Of a DNA stretch of 64,000 nucleotides, positions 1 to 10,041 are shown in pieces (the stretch's first letter is position 1; every line of letters starts with the position of its first letter). The stretch is from a virus. Its lineage: Duplodnaviria > Caudoviricetes. Position numbers and translations under genes: made by a program. The notes under the pieces were generated by a model. The model ran no database searches and was not told the DNA's origin. It saw nothing but the letters and a program-made list of their open reading frames with translations. The stretch spans positions 160,001 to 224,000 of the IMG/VR virus record IMGVR_UViG_3300021431_000076. One strand, written 5' to 3'.

Positions 1-80
1 AAATAAGAACACATATAAATGGGATATGGGAATAATCCCATATCCCAAATTTTAGTAAAAGAAAGAGAAAGGAGAGAAAA

Positions 81-1679
81 ATGGGTACATTTTTTACTGC
101 TGATGTAATAAATATGAAGGCACAATACGCCTCAAAATTAATCAGTTCTAGTCGGAATTATTCAATAGTTGTAATACCAAACCACTACTCCTATCATGAT
201 GATGAATTAATATATAATAACACAGAAATTTATCAACCACATACTCATAGTAGTGTTAATATACCCAATATATATTTTTATATTGAAAAAGCTCCAAACT
301 CTATTGAAGTGCCTACAGAGTTTTCGCCTTCAATTAAAACAATAAATTTTAACTCTAATGATAGAAAATTCATCAATATTCCTTTACCATATAATTTTAA
401 TGATAGTAACATAACACAAATAGATACAAAATATAGCTCTTTATCAATATTAACAAATCCAATATTATCAACTAAAGATCCAAAGTATTTTGAAGATCAA
501 TATTCTTTTCCAGTGAAGCATTTTAAGTTTTCATTAGAATTTGCAGTTTTAAATAGTACAAATTGGGTTAATACAAACTTATTTAAAATCAGCCAATTTA
601 AATCACCTATTAATAACAATTTTGAATATATTAGTGGCATTTCTGCTTATTTGATAAAAGGAAAAATTTATTTTAATATAACATATTTTAATTCAAAATC
701 ATTAACATATCAAGCTCAAAACACGATATTTGATTCAATAAGTAGTCAAAACGAATATATTGTTGGTATTACAATTGATACATGTAATTTAAATGGGGAG
801 TGGTTTATTGAAATAGATGCCACAACAAGTACTAATGGTACATATTTTATAGGGAAGTCTGCATTGATTAAAGGATGTATTTCAGAATTTTCAGATGTTG
901 ATAGAATTTCAGAATCAATATTAGAAAATAACAGATATTTTGATAACAAATTTTCATCACCTATTAATGAATTAGATGGTAATATTGATTATACGAATGC
1001 AATAAAATTATTTGACAATACTCCTTATATGAATTCAAATGAACCATTAGAAGGTGAAGAGTTATTAGAATCTGAAAGTATTGATCATGGTATTATATCT
1101 TCTTTACCAGTTACATATGGTATTGACAATATAGATGATTATATATATTTATCCATTGGGAGTGGAACAGATCCGAGTACGGTAAATCTTCCTTCAGTTA
1201 TTTATTCTAACACAGATTCTATATTCAGACCAAGATTCTTTTTAGTAACTTGTAATGATTATGAAGAAACTGTTGAAAGCAACTTGAAATGCATTCAATT
1301 AAATAAACTGGTATTTTATACTAGTAAATATAAGGAAGATATAGAACAAGATATATTGAATCCTATTACTATATCTATTCCTCAACAAATTATCCCAGTA
1401 GACCCATTCAATATATCTATTACTACTACTAGTAATCTTAAACCATTAGCAGAAGTAGAGGATTATATAAATAAAACCTATCTTGGTACTCAACAAGCAG
1501 CAGAAGATTTCCAGTTACTGATGAAAGTAACTAAAACTTCATATTGGCCTGTAGAATATACTATAGATACGGATTATCATATACATATTAAACCAGATCC
1601 TATGTATATAGGAGTTGAATTGTATGCTTGTACTAATAAGCAATTCTTATATTGTAAATATGACATGATGAATATATAA
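81..1679 (+). CDS. Putative virion structural protein (532 aa), function unknown
   Basis: Long ORF with AGGAGA RBS. First of four co-oriented structural-looking genes. Shares the DILNP(I/V)(T/S)(I/V) motif with the next ORF. Confidence 0.55.
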   Translation: MGTFFTADVINMKAQYASKLISSSRNYSIVVIPNHYSYHDDELIYNNTEIYQPHTHSSVNIPNIYFYIEKAPNSIEVPTEFSPSIKTINFNSNDRKFINIPLPYNFNDSNITQIDTKYSSLSILTNPILSTKDPKYFEDQYSFPVKHFKFSLEFAVLNSTNWVNTNLFKISQFKSPINNNFEYISGISAYLIKGKIYFNITYFNSKSLTYQAQNTIFDSISSQNEYIVGITIDTCNLNGEWFIEIDATTSTNGTYFIGKSALIKGCISEFSDVDRISESILENNRYFDNKFSSPINELDGNIDYTNAIKLFDNTPYMNSNEPLEGEELLESESIDHGIISSLPVTYGIDNIDDYIYLSIGSGTDPSTVNLPSVIYSNTDSIFRPRFFLVTCNDYEETVESNLKCIQLNKLVFYTSKYKEDIEQDILNPITISIPQQIIPVDPFNISITTTSNLKPLAEVEDYINKTYLGTQQAAEDFQLLMKVTKTSYWPVEYTIDTDYHIHIKPDPMYIGVELYACTNKQFLYCKYDMMNI

Positions 1680-1695
1680 GTGAGGAGGTGAGATA

Positions 1696-4527
1696 ATGAG
1701 TCTACGTACATTATTTTCTTTAGATAAAACATTTAATTTTGAAAATAACTCTAATTTATTGAGGTCGACAGATAATACCACCTCTCTAACTTCTTGGGGA
1801 GGATTTCCAAGCGATGGAGAATATTATGATAATATAAAACCAACACTAGTTCAAGCTTCCACATCAGAATTTAATTCTGGGAGTAATTCATTAAAAATGG
1901 ATACTGTCTGTGGCATATGGGGATATACCAGTGTTGATGGTACAATCATATATAGGTCTAATAATTATTCTCCTGGATTTACCAAATATAATTATTATTA
2001 TAGAAATGATGATAAAGCCTGGGCATATGAAGAACTTGATATATCCTTTGATATTAAAATAGATTATCATTCTTCATATGATGGAGCTATAGGTTTTTTT
2101 ACTCTAAGTGATAGCTATCTAACTTTAACAAGTGCAATACCAACATTAGTGCACTATCCTAATAAAGCTATTTTAAAGTCATTAGAATTAGTTTATGCTA
2201 AAAATAGTTCCGATTTTAGGATATTCATGTTATGTAATTTTTTCTTAAATTATTCAGGAACTGCAAAAAGTATAAATACAAGATTTGATCTATGTGGAGC
2301 TAGTGCAGTCAATTTAGGATCAAAGGCCAATATTAATATAAAAAGAAATCTTGATGATACTCTACAAATATTAATAAATTCCTCAGAAGTCATAAAATTT
2401 ACTGATATATATACTGGTCCTATTACATCTGATACAAATTTAGCTAATAGTATAGGACCATCTGTAAATAAAATGATAAAGAATAATCAATCATCTAATG
2501 ATAATGATTTAATAAAACCATTTTTACCAACTACAGCATACAAAAACCTAGTAAGTAATTTTACTAAAACTACTCCAAGCACTGAGACTAAAATATGGAA
2601 TAAAACTGGAAGTGGAAATTCTACTGTATTTACAGCAACAGATGGAACTGTAACTCTTAATGGAAAATCTCAATATACAACATATTTTACCAATTTAAAG
2701 AATAAATACTATCCTAATATTTATATAGATAATCTCAGAATGAAACAAACATTATATGGCGAAGAACTTCCTGTTGATATACTCAATCCAGTATCAGTAA
2801 CAGTAGAGCCTCTTCAAACAGATTTTTCTGAAGATTTAATGAACCCAGTATCAATTTCAGTAAAAGAAGATGTAGAAAAAGATTTATTTCCTGTTTCTGT
2901 AGATGCTGCCAAAGATTTAATTACAGACTTCAATACATCAATAGACGTAAAGAAAGATGTTTATTATGAAAAATTACCTATTTCTTTAGAAGTAAAATTG
3001 AATGAGTTAAATCAAGATTTGTTCAATATTGATTTTACTGTAAATGCTCCTGTGTATCAATTAGAACTAGGACCAGAATTTAGATCTGGATGGGATGATA
3101 GAAAGTATCTTATCTTTAGAAATGGTGCTCTGCTTCCTAAACAGACTTACAATATCATTATTCCATCTCCTTTTAATAACTACTTAAAGAAAATGATATA
3201 CTCTACAGTTCCCTTCTGGAAAGAAGATAGAATTGAAGTATTTTATATAGAGAATCAGCAAAACTTTGCTAATGTACCATTCAATAGAGAAGTTAGAGTT
3301 GGTAGTTATATATATTATGCTAAATCAGAGAATCAGAAACTTATTAAGATTCCTTATCCAAACTCTTCTTATAGAAGATCTGCTGATGCATTCTTATTAT
3401 TCAATGATTTAGGAGAACATCTAGATTATAGATATGACTACACTGTATCTGCTGATGGAAGATATGTTACTTTAACTGATGCTAATGCATTAGAAGAAGT
3501 AATGGTAAACTATGTAGTATTTACATTCTGTTATGTAGGTAATAGATCTATTAATGGTCAGGAAGAAGAAACTGATCCAACTGATACAGTAAATCTGTCT
3601 GAAATCAAATACTCTTATTCTTATTCTAATGATAATCCTACTGATACTAGTGGATTAGTTACATTCTCTCCAACATTTGCCGATTGGCCTAATATGATTA
3701 AAGAGAACTATATGTTATTTGGTGATACTGTATTCATAGATCAATCTAGATATGATGTGGTTTCTAACAATCAAATTCAGTTTATAGACACTAATGAAAA
3801 ATTTATAGCAAATCAAAGAAGATATGTAATGTGCATTCCTGTAAAGGATACTAAACCTCAAAAATTAGCATCTAACCAAACCAGATATGAGGTAGTATTG
3901 ATTCCAAATAATGGTTCTACTGATCAATCTATATTTACATTACAACCTCCTTCTAATGGTGATTGGTATCCATATTTATTATTCAGAGGATCTAGACTCA
4001 TGGATGTCAAGAATGAGTATACTTATGATGAGACCACTAAGGTTCTAAAAATAACTGATTCTTCATGCTATTTACAGCCAGGAAGAAATTTAACTGTAGT
4101 ATACTTCAATAAATCTTATACTGATCTCAAGAAAGAAAACATTTATATCAAAATGCAATTTAAAGCCAGCTCTACTGGAACAACCGAGATACCTAAATCA
4201 TTGTATCAGAATAATGGTAATATACAATTTGATTATACTAATCTCATTGTATTCCTTAATGGTGTATATCTAGAACCAGATAGATACACAATAGAACCAG
4301 GAAATTGGATTAAATTTAATCCTAATATCAGCATAGCTGGTTATGGTCCACAACCATACGAAACCAAAATGTTTACAGCAATATATTTACTGGAATATGT
4401 AGATCCAGATGCTAATGCTGAAGAATTTAATGATGAATATAGTCAAAAAGAAGTGGATCCTTCTGAAGATAATGATGAGACTAGATTTGAAGAAGTGTAT
4501 GTTTATGTGAAGAAAAAACCAGTTTAA
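1696..4527 (+). CDS. Putative virion structural/tail-associated protein (943 aa)
   Basis: GAGGAGG RBS. Beta-rich. Central D-x-x-P-V-S-V repeats. The C-terminal half has repeated (L/V)F(R/L)NG..(L/Y)...Y modules of the kind seen in jumbo-phage baseplate/tail proteins. Confidence 0.55.
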   Translation: MSLRTLFSLDKTFNFENNSNLLRSTDNTTSLTSWGGFPSDGEYYDNIKPTLVQASTSEFNSGSNSLKMDTVCGIWGYTSVDGTIIYRSNNYSPGFTKYNYYYRNDDKAWAYEELDISFDIKIDYHSSYDGAIGFFTLSDSYLTLTSAIPTLVHYPNKAILKSLELVYAKNSSDFRIFMLCNFFLNYSGTAKSINTRFDLCGASAVNLGSKANINIKRNLDDTLQILINSSEVIKFTDIYTGPITSDTNLANSIGPSVNKMIKNNQSSNDNDLIKPFLPTTAYKNLVSNFTKTTPSTETKIWNKTGSGNSTVFTATDGTVTLNGKSQYTTYFTNLKNKYYPNIYIDNLRMKQTLYGEELPVDILNPVSVTVEPLQTDFSEDLMNPVSISVKEDVEKDLFPVSVDAAKDLITDFNTSIDVKKDVYYEKLPISLEVKLNELNQDLFNIDFTVNAPVYQLELGPEFRSGWDDRKYLIFRNGALLPKQTYNIIIPSPFNNYLKKMIYSTVPFWKEDRIEVFYIENQQNFANVPFNREVRVGSYIYYAKSENQKLIKIPYPNSSYRRSADAFLLFNDLGEHLDYRYDYTVSADGRYVTLTDANALEEVMVNYVVFTFCYVGNRSINGQEEETDPTDTVNLSEIKYSYSYSNDNPTDTSGLVTFSPTFADWPNMIKENYMLFGDTVFIDQSRYDVVSNNQIQFIDTNEKFIANQRRYVMCIPVKDTKPQKLASNQTRYEVVLIPNNGSTDQSIFTLQPPSNGDWYPYLLFRGSRLMDVKNEYTYDETTKVLKITDSSCYLQPGRNLTVVYFNKSYTDLKKENIYIKMQFKASSTGTTEIPKSLYQNNGNIQFDYTNLIVFLNGVYLEPDRYTIEPGNWIKFNPNISIAGYGPQPYETKMFTAIYLLEYVDPDANAEEFNDEYSQKEVDPSEDNDETRFEEVYVYVKKKPV

Positions 4528-4545
4528 AGGAGGTGAATCTTGTAA

Positions 4546-7500
4546 ATGATGATAGTAGTGCCTGTAAAGTATAAATCTATAAAAGACTTAAACGGATCTT
4601 TATTTATAATCCCTTCTTCTAATCTAGACGGTTGTTTAGAAATAAAATCACGGTCTGATCTAGATGGTTCTTTGTCAATAAAAACATATGAAAACTCAAT
4701 AGATTTAGATGGAACATTAAATATTATATATTATGATTTTTCAGATTTAGATGGTTCTTTTAAAATAGATTTAAAAACAAGAGAAGCTGATTTAAATGGA
4801 GCTATTTCTTTTACTGGATATACAGATTCATCTTATTTAAATGGATCTTTCTATATCTCAGAAAAGACATATCTGAATGCTGCCATAGTCATATCTCAAA
4901 ATATGGATTCTAATGATTTATCTGGTAAATTAGAAATTAATCATCATTCTGACTGTGTAGATTTAGAAGGATCTATAAATATTCCAGTTGAAAGACAAAG
5001 TTATATTAATGGTAGATTTGAAATAAATAGATATACTGGGATAATTCAAGATTTAGATGGCTCAATAACTGTAAAAACATTTTATAGATATCTCTATTTT
5101 GATGGTATGATCAATATACAATACTATTCAGATAGTGATAATCTTAATGGATCTTTATTTATTAACCAATCAAACGGAAATAATGATCTAGAATCTAGAC
5201 TAGAAATTTCTAGAATTATAGATGATATTGATCTCAATGGTTCTATTGATATACCTTTAGAAAGGCATATATACTTGCCTGGTAGTTTAAATATAAACTC
5301 AGACAACGATTCAACTGACTTTGAGGGTTCACTTGAAGTAGTATATAATAAATTCTTAAATGGTACCCTTTCAATAGATTCTTATGAAGAATCTGATGAT
5401 TTTGATGGTAAATTATTTATCTCTTTTGATAGGTCAGCAAATTTACCAGGTTTATTAGAAATAGACTATTTTTATCAATATGATGATTTTAAAGGTTCAT
5501 TAAATATTATCCATCATGCCGATATCAACGGTTCTTTAGAAATCAATTCTTATAAAGATATAAATACTGATCTAAATGGTGCATTAAAAGTAAGCCTAGA
5601 TACAAACAGACTAGATTTGAAAGCTAGAATCTATATACCTTTAGAAAGATCAAAAGAATTATCTGGTTCTATAAAAATTCCATATTATTCTAAGGATCAA
5701 ACTGATTTAGAAGGATCAATATATATACCTTCTAAAAAAGATATTGCTGGATCTTTGATAATCACTGGAGAAGAATCAGATCATGAAGATCTAAATGGTA
5801 CTATTAATATACCTAGTCTTAGAAATATAGATCTATATGGTAATTTAAAAATTCCTAAATACTATGAAAGAAAAGGCAAATTCCTAAATGGTTCATTAGT
5901 AATAAGATATTCTGATAATCGCAATGATATTGATGGTAAGCTACATATCTATATTAAAGATAATTTTGATTTAAATGGTACATTATCAATTAAGCAGATA
6001 TCAATAACAGATGTACCGATATCAGTAACTATTCCTAGACCACAAATTGATCTAGAAGGTCAATTAGCAATTAGATACCCATTTGAAAATACTTTATTAC
6101 GAGATATAGAAATAACAGTTCCTAATCCAGAAGTAGATCTAGATGGTAAACTAGAAATTGTATATCCATTTGAATATACTTTATTACGAGATATAGAAAT
6201 AACAGTTCCTAGACCACAAATTGATCTAGATGGTAGACTAACTATTAGTCGTCCATTTGAAGATATTTTATTTAAATATATTAAAGTTACCGTACCAAAT
6301 CCAGAAGTAGACTTAGAAGGTTCAATATTAGTTGTATACCCATTTGAAAATACTTTATTACGAGATATAGAAATAACAGTTCCTAAGCCAGAAGTAGATT
6401 TAGAAGGTCAATTAGCAATTAGATATCCATTTGAAATAGATTTAATATCAATAAGTGTAGGGGTTGCAGTCACTGTAAGACCAGAACAATACGAACCAAT
6501 TGTTGGTGATTATATAGTAGAAATACCATGGCCAAATCCTCAATTAACTAATGAAGCCTTTACAATGTATCAAGTTAAATATCCTCCTGGTCAAACACCA
6601 TTTAAAATGGATCTTACTCTATTTAGCACAGGTTCTCCAGATAATTTATTTATTCCTAGAAGATTCTATGAAAAATATGATGAAAATCATGTAATTGTAT
6701 CTAATGAACTAGATCTAAATGAAGGAGACGAAATAAGATTCCTCTTCTGTCATAATGATGGTAAATATCATGTACAAAAACTAGAGTTCTATTATAAAGC
6801 TCAAGGTAATGCATCTTATTACTACTTAGATATGGATTCACCATATAAGAAAAATATTAATAACAGTACAGCTAAGTTCTTAGTGTTTGTAAATAGAAGA
6901 CTAGTTGTTCCTTATAAAGATTATGTTATAGATGATGAATTGGGAAGATTGACTTTTGTTAATGATACCCTTGCTAAAAATCCAGAAGATAAAATAGACG
7001 TTGTATGTTTCTTTACTGGTATAGATGATACTGCAGTTGCAGATCTTCCTATGAGTGGATATATTTATCTAAAGAGAAATATGATAGATAGAAACTATAA
7101 TAACAATCTTATGGCTACATTTATCAATGGTAGATTGATTCGAAGAGATAAGATTCTCCATATTTCAAATAATATTTATAAGATTAAAGAAGATATCAAG
7201 TCTAGACATGATCTACAAATACTGAATATGAGCAACTGTATAGATTGTATGGTTCCTTTCTATAAGCAATCTTCAAAATTCCCATATACAAAAACTAGTA
7301 TGCTAGATAGTGGGCAACTTCTATTCAATAAACGTGCTAAATATATTGAATGGGAATTCCCAGTAAGTATAACTATACCTGCACTTGCTACATATGGAAG
7401 ACAACATTTAACTATGTATCATAATCCAGTATACTTTAGTCCAGAATTCTTATTAGAAAATAAGAATAACTATCTATCTATAGTTCATGTAGCATCTCCA

Positions 7501-7986
7501 GCAGATTTAAATTATACTCTTACTTTCTATGCTAATGATACTGATCCAAATCCATCTACAATGAATATTAAAGTAGAACTTCATTTAAAGACTCCATTTG
7601 AAGAGCAGAAAGAAGAATCTAGATCTCCAATTCTATTATGTGTATTACCAGCTCAAGTAACAGCAATTCATAGTGATTATTGCTATTGCTCTTTACAGAT
7701 AAAGCAGATTATCAATCTAGATTTTTGGAATAAACAATTCTTAGAATCTTGTGATGGCATAACAATAAGAATGGAACCTGGTGTTACTCATTATGAACAA
7801 CCGTCTGAAGTATACTTTAATATGCAAGCAAATCAATTTGAAGACTTTGAGAAAGAGCAAATAAGTGTATTTGAGTATAGAATATCTGATAGTTATGATG
7901 GTCTAGGGAATATTAATTATATTAAGCATATTACATTCAATCCAGAAGAGAGTAATAAAGCTAATATAAGAAATTCCTATGATTGA
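4546..7986 (+). CDS. Repeat-rich putative virion structural protein (1146 aa)
   Basis: AGGAGG RBS. N-terminal ~630 aa made of short DL(D/N/E)G(S/K)(L/I)xI repeats. C-terminal part has FVNRRL/FINGRL modules like the upstream ORF. Confidence 0.55.
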   Translation: MMIVVPVKYKSIKDLNGSLFIIPSSNLDGCLEIKSRSDLDGSLSIKTYENSIDLDGTLNIIYYDFSDLDGSFKIDLKTREADLNGAISFTGYTDSSYLNGSFYISEKTYLNAAIVISQNMDSNDLSGKLEINHHSDCVDLEGSINIPVERQSYINGRFEINRYTGIIQDLDGSITVKTFYRYLYFDGMINIQYYSDSDNLNGSLFINQSNGNNDLESRLEISRIIDDIDLNGSIDIPLERHIYLPGSLNINSDNDSTDFEGSLEVVYNKFLNGTLSIDSYEESDDFDGKLFISFDRSANLPGLLEIDYFYQYDDFKGSLNIIHHADINGSLEINSYKDINTDLNGALKVSLDTNRLDLKARIYIPLERSKELSGSIKIPYYSKDQTDLEGSIYIPSKKDIAGSLIITGEESDHEDLNGTINIPSLRNIDLYGNLKIPKYYERKGKFLNGSLVIRYSDNRNDIDGKLHIYIKDNFDLNGTLSIKQISITDVPISVTIPRPQIDLEGQLAIRYPFENTLLRDIEITVPNPEVDLDGKLEIVYPFEYTLLRDIEITVPRPQIDLDGRLTISRPFEDILFKYIKVTVPNPEVDLEGSILVVYPFENTLLRDIEITVPKPEVDLEGQLAIRYPFEIDLISISVGVAVTVRPEQYEPIVGDYIVEIPWPNPQLTNEAFTMYQVKYPPGQTPFKMDLTLFSTGSPDNLFIPRRFYEKYDENHVIVSNELDLNEGDEIRFLFCHNDGKYHVQKLEFYYKAQGNASYYYLDMDSPYKKNINNSTAKFLVFVNRRLVVPYKDYVIDDELGRLTFVNDTLAKNPEDKIDVVCFFTGIDDTAVADLPMSGYIYLKRNMIDRNYNNNLMATFINGRLIRRDKILHISNNIYKIKEDIKSRHDLQILNMSNCIDCMVPFYKQSSKFPYTKTSMLDSGQLLFNKRAKYIEWEFPVSITIPALATYGRQHLTMYHNPVYFSPEFLLENKNNYLSIVHVASPADLNYTLTFYANDTDPNPSTMNIKVELHLKTPFEEQKEESRSPILLCVLPAQVTAIHSDYCYCSLQIKQIINLDFWNKQFLESCDGITIRMEPGVTHYEQPSEVYFNMQANQFEDFEKEQISVFEYRISDSYDGLGNINYIKHITFNPEESNKANIRNSYD
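6030..6450 (+). repeat. ~5 copies of a 90-bp (30-aa) coding tandem repeat, e.g. IDLEGQLAIRYPFENTLLRDIEITVPxPE
   Basis: gaaataacagttcct recurs with a 90-nt period (about 6110 and 6200); the protein repeats are visible. Confidence 0.85.
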
Positions 7987-8014
7987 TAATAAGACTTAAG
8001 TGAGGTGATATATA

Positions 8015-8956
8015 GTGTATTCACCTAGAAAATATTTTAGTGTGGTTAAATTTAAACCTACTGGTAGTAATGTAGATGATATGATATCTACCAATACATG
8101 GACTAAAAATGGATCATTAAATTTTACTCAGTCTAGTAAATTCAATGCTCTTAAGTATGAAACAAGGTCATGTTTAAGATATGAATTAAAACAAGCTGGA
8201 TATATTCAAAACACTGCTGGATTTACAATAGGAAATGAATATTCTCTGTCATTCTGGTTTAAAGTAGATAGAGAGTTACTAATACATCATTATGATTATT
8301 TAAAGAGTACTAAAACACCAGTTCCACTAATATCTTGGGGATCTAATACAAAGATATCTACATTTGAGCAAACTGGAATAGAAGATATGCCATATGGTAT
8401 GAAATTTGTAATGGGTGGAACATCTATTATTATTCCATACGATCCATTAGAATTATTAGATGAATGGTTTCATGTTCTAATAAATAAAGATACTTCAAAT
8501 AAATTTAGGATATTTATAAATGGCATAAAATATTGTGAACGTCCAGCAAACTTTACAATAGAACCTTTCACCAATATCAAGATAGGTAATCCAAGTAATA
8601 ATTCATTTACACATGACAATCCAATATATGTATATATAGATGAAATCTCTATATGTAATTCATGCATAACTATAGATCAATTCTGGCCATTCCCAAAATA
8701 TTTAATTGGTCTATATCCATCAGTAGATGTAAAAGATTTGAAAAAACGTCAATTACCAGCAGGTAAAACAAGATATGATATTTGTAACGATGCAGTAATG
8801 ATAGCAAGATCAAGGCATTTCAAACATAGCCACGAATGGAAAGATAATATGGTTACTAAATATAGATTTGATAGAAAAGAACCATATGCCAGCTCATTTT
8901 ATGAAAGTTGGATGGATAATCTAGATAGACCAGGAAACGAATACAAAAAACAATAA
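8015..8956 (+). CDS. LamG/concanavalin-A-like domain protein, putative virion component
   Basis: YSLSFWFK...DEWFHVLI...FRIFING...IKIGN...YIDEISI pattern characteristic of LamG-like beta-sandwiches. GTG start with GAGGTG RBS. Confidence 0.65.
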   Translation: MYSPRKYFSVVKFKPTGSNVDDMISTNTWTKNGSLNFTQSSKFNALKYETRSCLRYELKQAGYIQNTAGFTIGNEYSLSFWFKVDRELLIHHYDYLKSTKTPVPLISWGSNTKISTFEQTGIEDMPYGMKFVMGGTSIIIPYDPLELLDEWFHVLINKDTSNKFRIFINGIKYCERPANFTIEPFTNIKIGNPSNNSFTHDNPIYVYIDEISICNSCITIDQFWPFPKYLIGLYPSVDVKDLKKRQLPAGKTRYDICNDAVMIARSRHFKHSHEWKDNMVTKYRFDRKEPYASSFYESWMDNLDRPGNEYKKQ

Positions 8957-8990
8957 TCATAGGAGTAGGCTTTATGCCTACTCCTGATTT
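8957..8990. terminator. Bidirectional intrinsic terminator between convergent genes
   Basis: aggagtaggc-tttat-gcctactcct hairpin between the stops at 8956 (+) and 8990 (-). Confidence 0.8.
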
Positions 8991-10039
8991 TATTTCATCA
9001 TAAAATATTCTATGATTGGACTGTAATACGCCATTTTAATTCTACAGTAATATCCTTCTCTATCTTCACTACCAACCATGGGACACCCACCACGGCATAA
9101 TGGTTCTACAAAACAGTATTTACATCTATTTCTATAATTATTACATACTGTATCTGTTCTCAAAACAGTATTAAGAATTTCTTCTTCATCATCATCAACT
9201 GTTCCAAAAATATCTGAACTGTTATGACATTTATATATATTTCCTTCTTTATCTACATTCCATATAACTTTACCATTTTGGCATCCAAGTTTATTAAGTT
9301 CTTCATCTTTATCAGAAGCTATAATTCTATTTGTAGTTACAGATCTTTTCTTAGAATTTATATAGTTTCTACTTAGATGGTTGAATATGCTTTTATATGA
9401 AGATATTTCATCTTTATGATTTATCACATACCTCATTTGACTTTCTATTTTATTACAATCCATTTTTCTAAGTTCTTCACAATTATTGCATAAATCCATA
9501 ATTGTATCTATATTTAATCTTATATCATGATTGTGTATTTTTTTATATCTTCGATTTATTATTTCTACTGCATTAAGAAAATCTAATGGATAAGTATAAG
9601 AACTTAATACAGCAGATAGACCTAAAGTGTTAATATTAAGAATAGATGGGTTTTCTTTTACTACATCATATCCACGAACCTGTTCAGAATTAATACCATC
9701 CCATGAAACTGTGACTGACATATTATGGTTATTAATATATTCTATTTTCTCTTTATCTAACAATTTTCCATTTGTTATCATTCCATATGCTATATTGCCT
9801 TCAGTATTTTCTACTATATCCTTTATAGCATCCCAATAAATAAGAGGTTCTCCACCATAAAAAACTACAGCAAGTTTACGATCCTCTCTTTTACTATGTT
9901 TTTCTAAAAATTCCTTTACTTTTGAATCAACTTTAGAAGGGTCTGTATAATCTAAATCATGTTGTGCACAATATTTACAATTTAAATTACACTTTGGGCC
10001 AAGCATTATAAATATTCTATTTATTCTAACATCACCCAT
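8990..10039 (-). CDS. Radical SAM protein with C-terminal SPASM domain (peptide/protein maturase type)
   Basis: CNLNCKYC (CxxxCxxC), YGGEPL, ITNG, SWDG. SPASM cysteines C..GNIYKC..CKYC-x5-CRGGC..C (7 Cys). No N-terminal extension/RRE. Confidence 0.92.
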   Translation of the reverse strand: MGDVRINRIFIMLGPKCNLNCKYCAQHDLDYTDPSKVDSKVKEFLEKHSKREDRKLAVVFYGGEPLIYWDAIKDIVENTEGNIAYGMITNGKLLDKEKIEYINNHNMSVTVSWDGINSEQVRGYDVVKENPSILNINTLGLSAVLSSYTYPLDFLNAVEIINRRYKKIHNHDIRLNIDTIMDLCNNCEELRKMDCNKIESQMRYVINHKDEISSYKSIFNHLSRNYINSKKRSVTTNRIIASDKDEELNKLGCQNGKVIWNVDKEGNIYKCHNSSDIFGTVDDDEEEILNTVLRTDTVCNNYRNRCKYCFVEPLCRGGCPMVGSEDREGYYCRIKMAYYSPIIEYFMMK

Positions 10040-10041
10040 TA

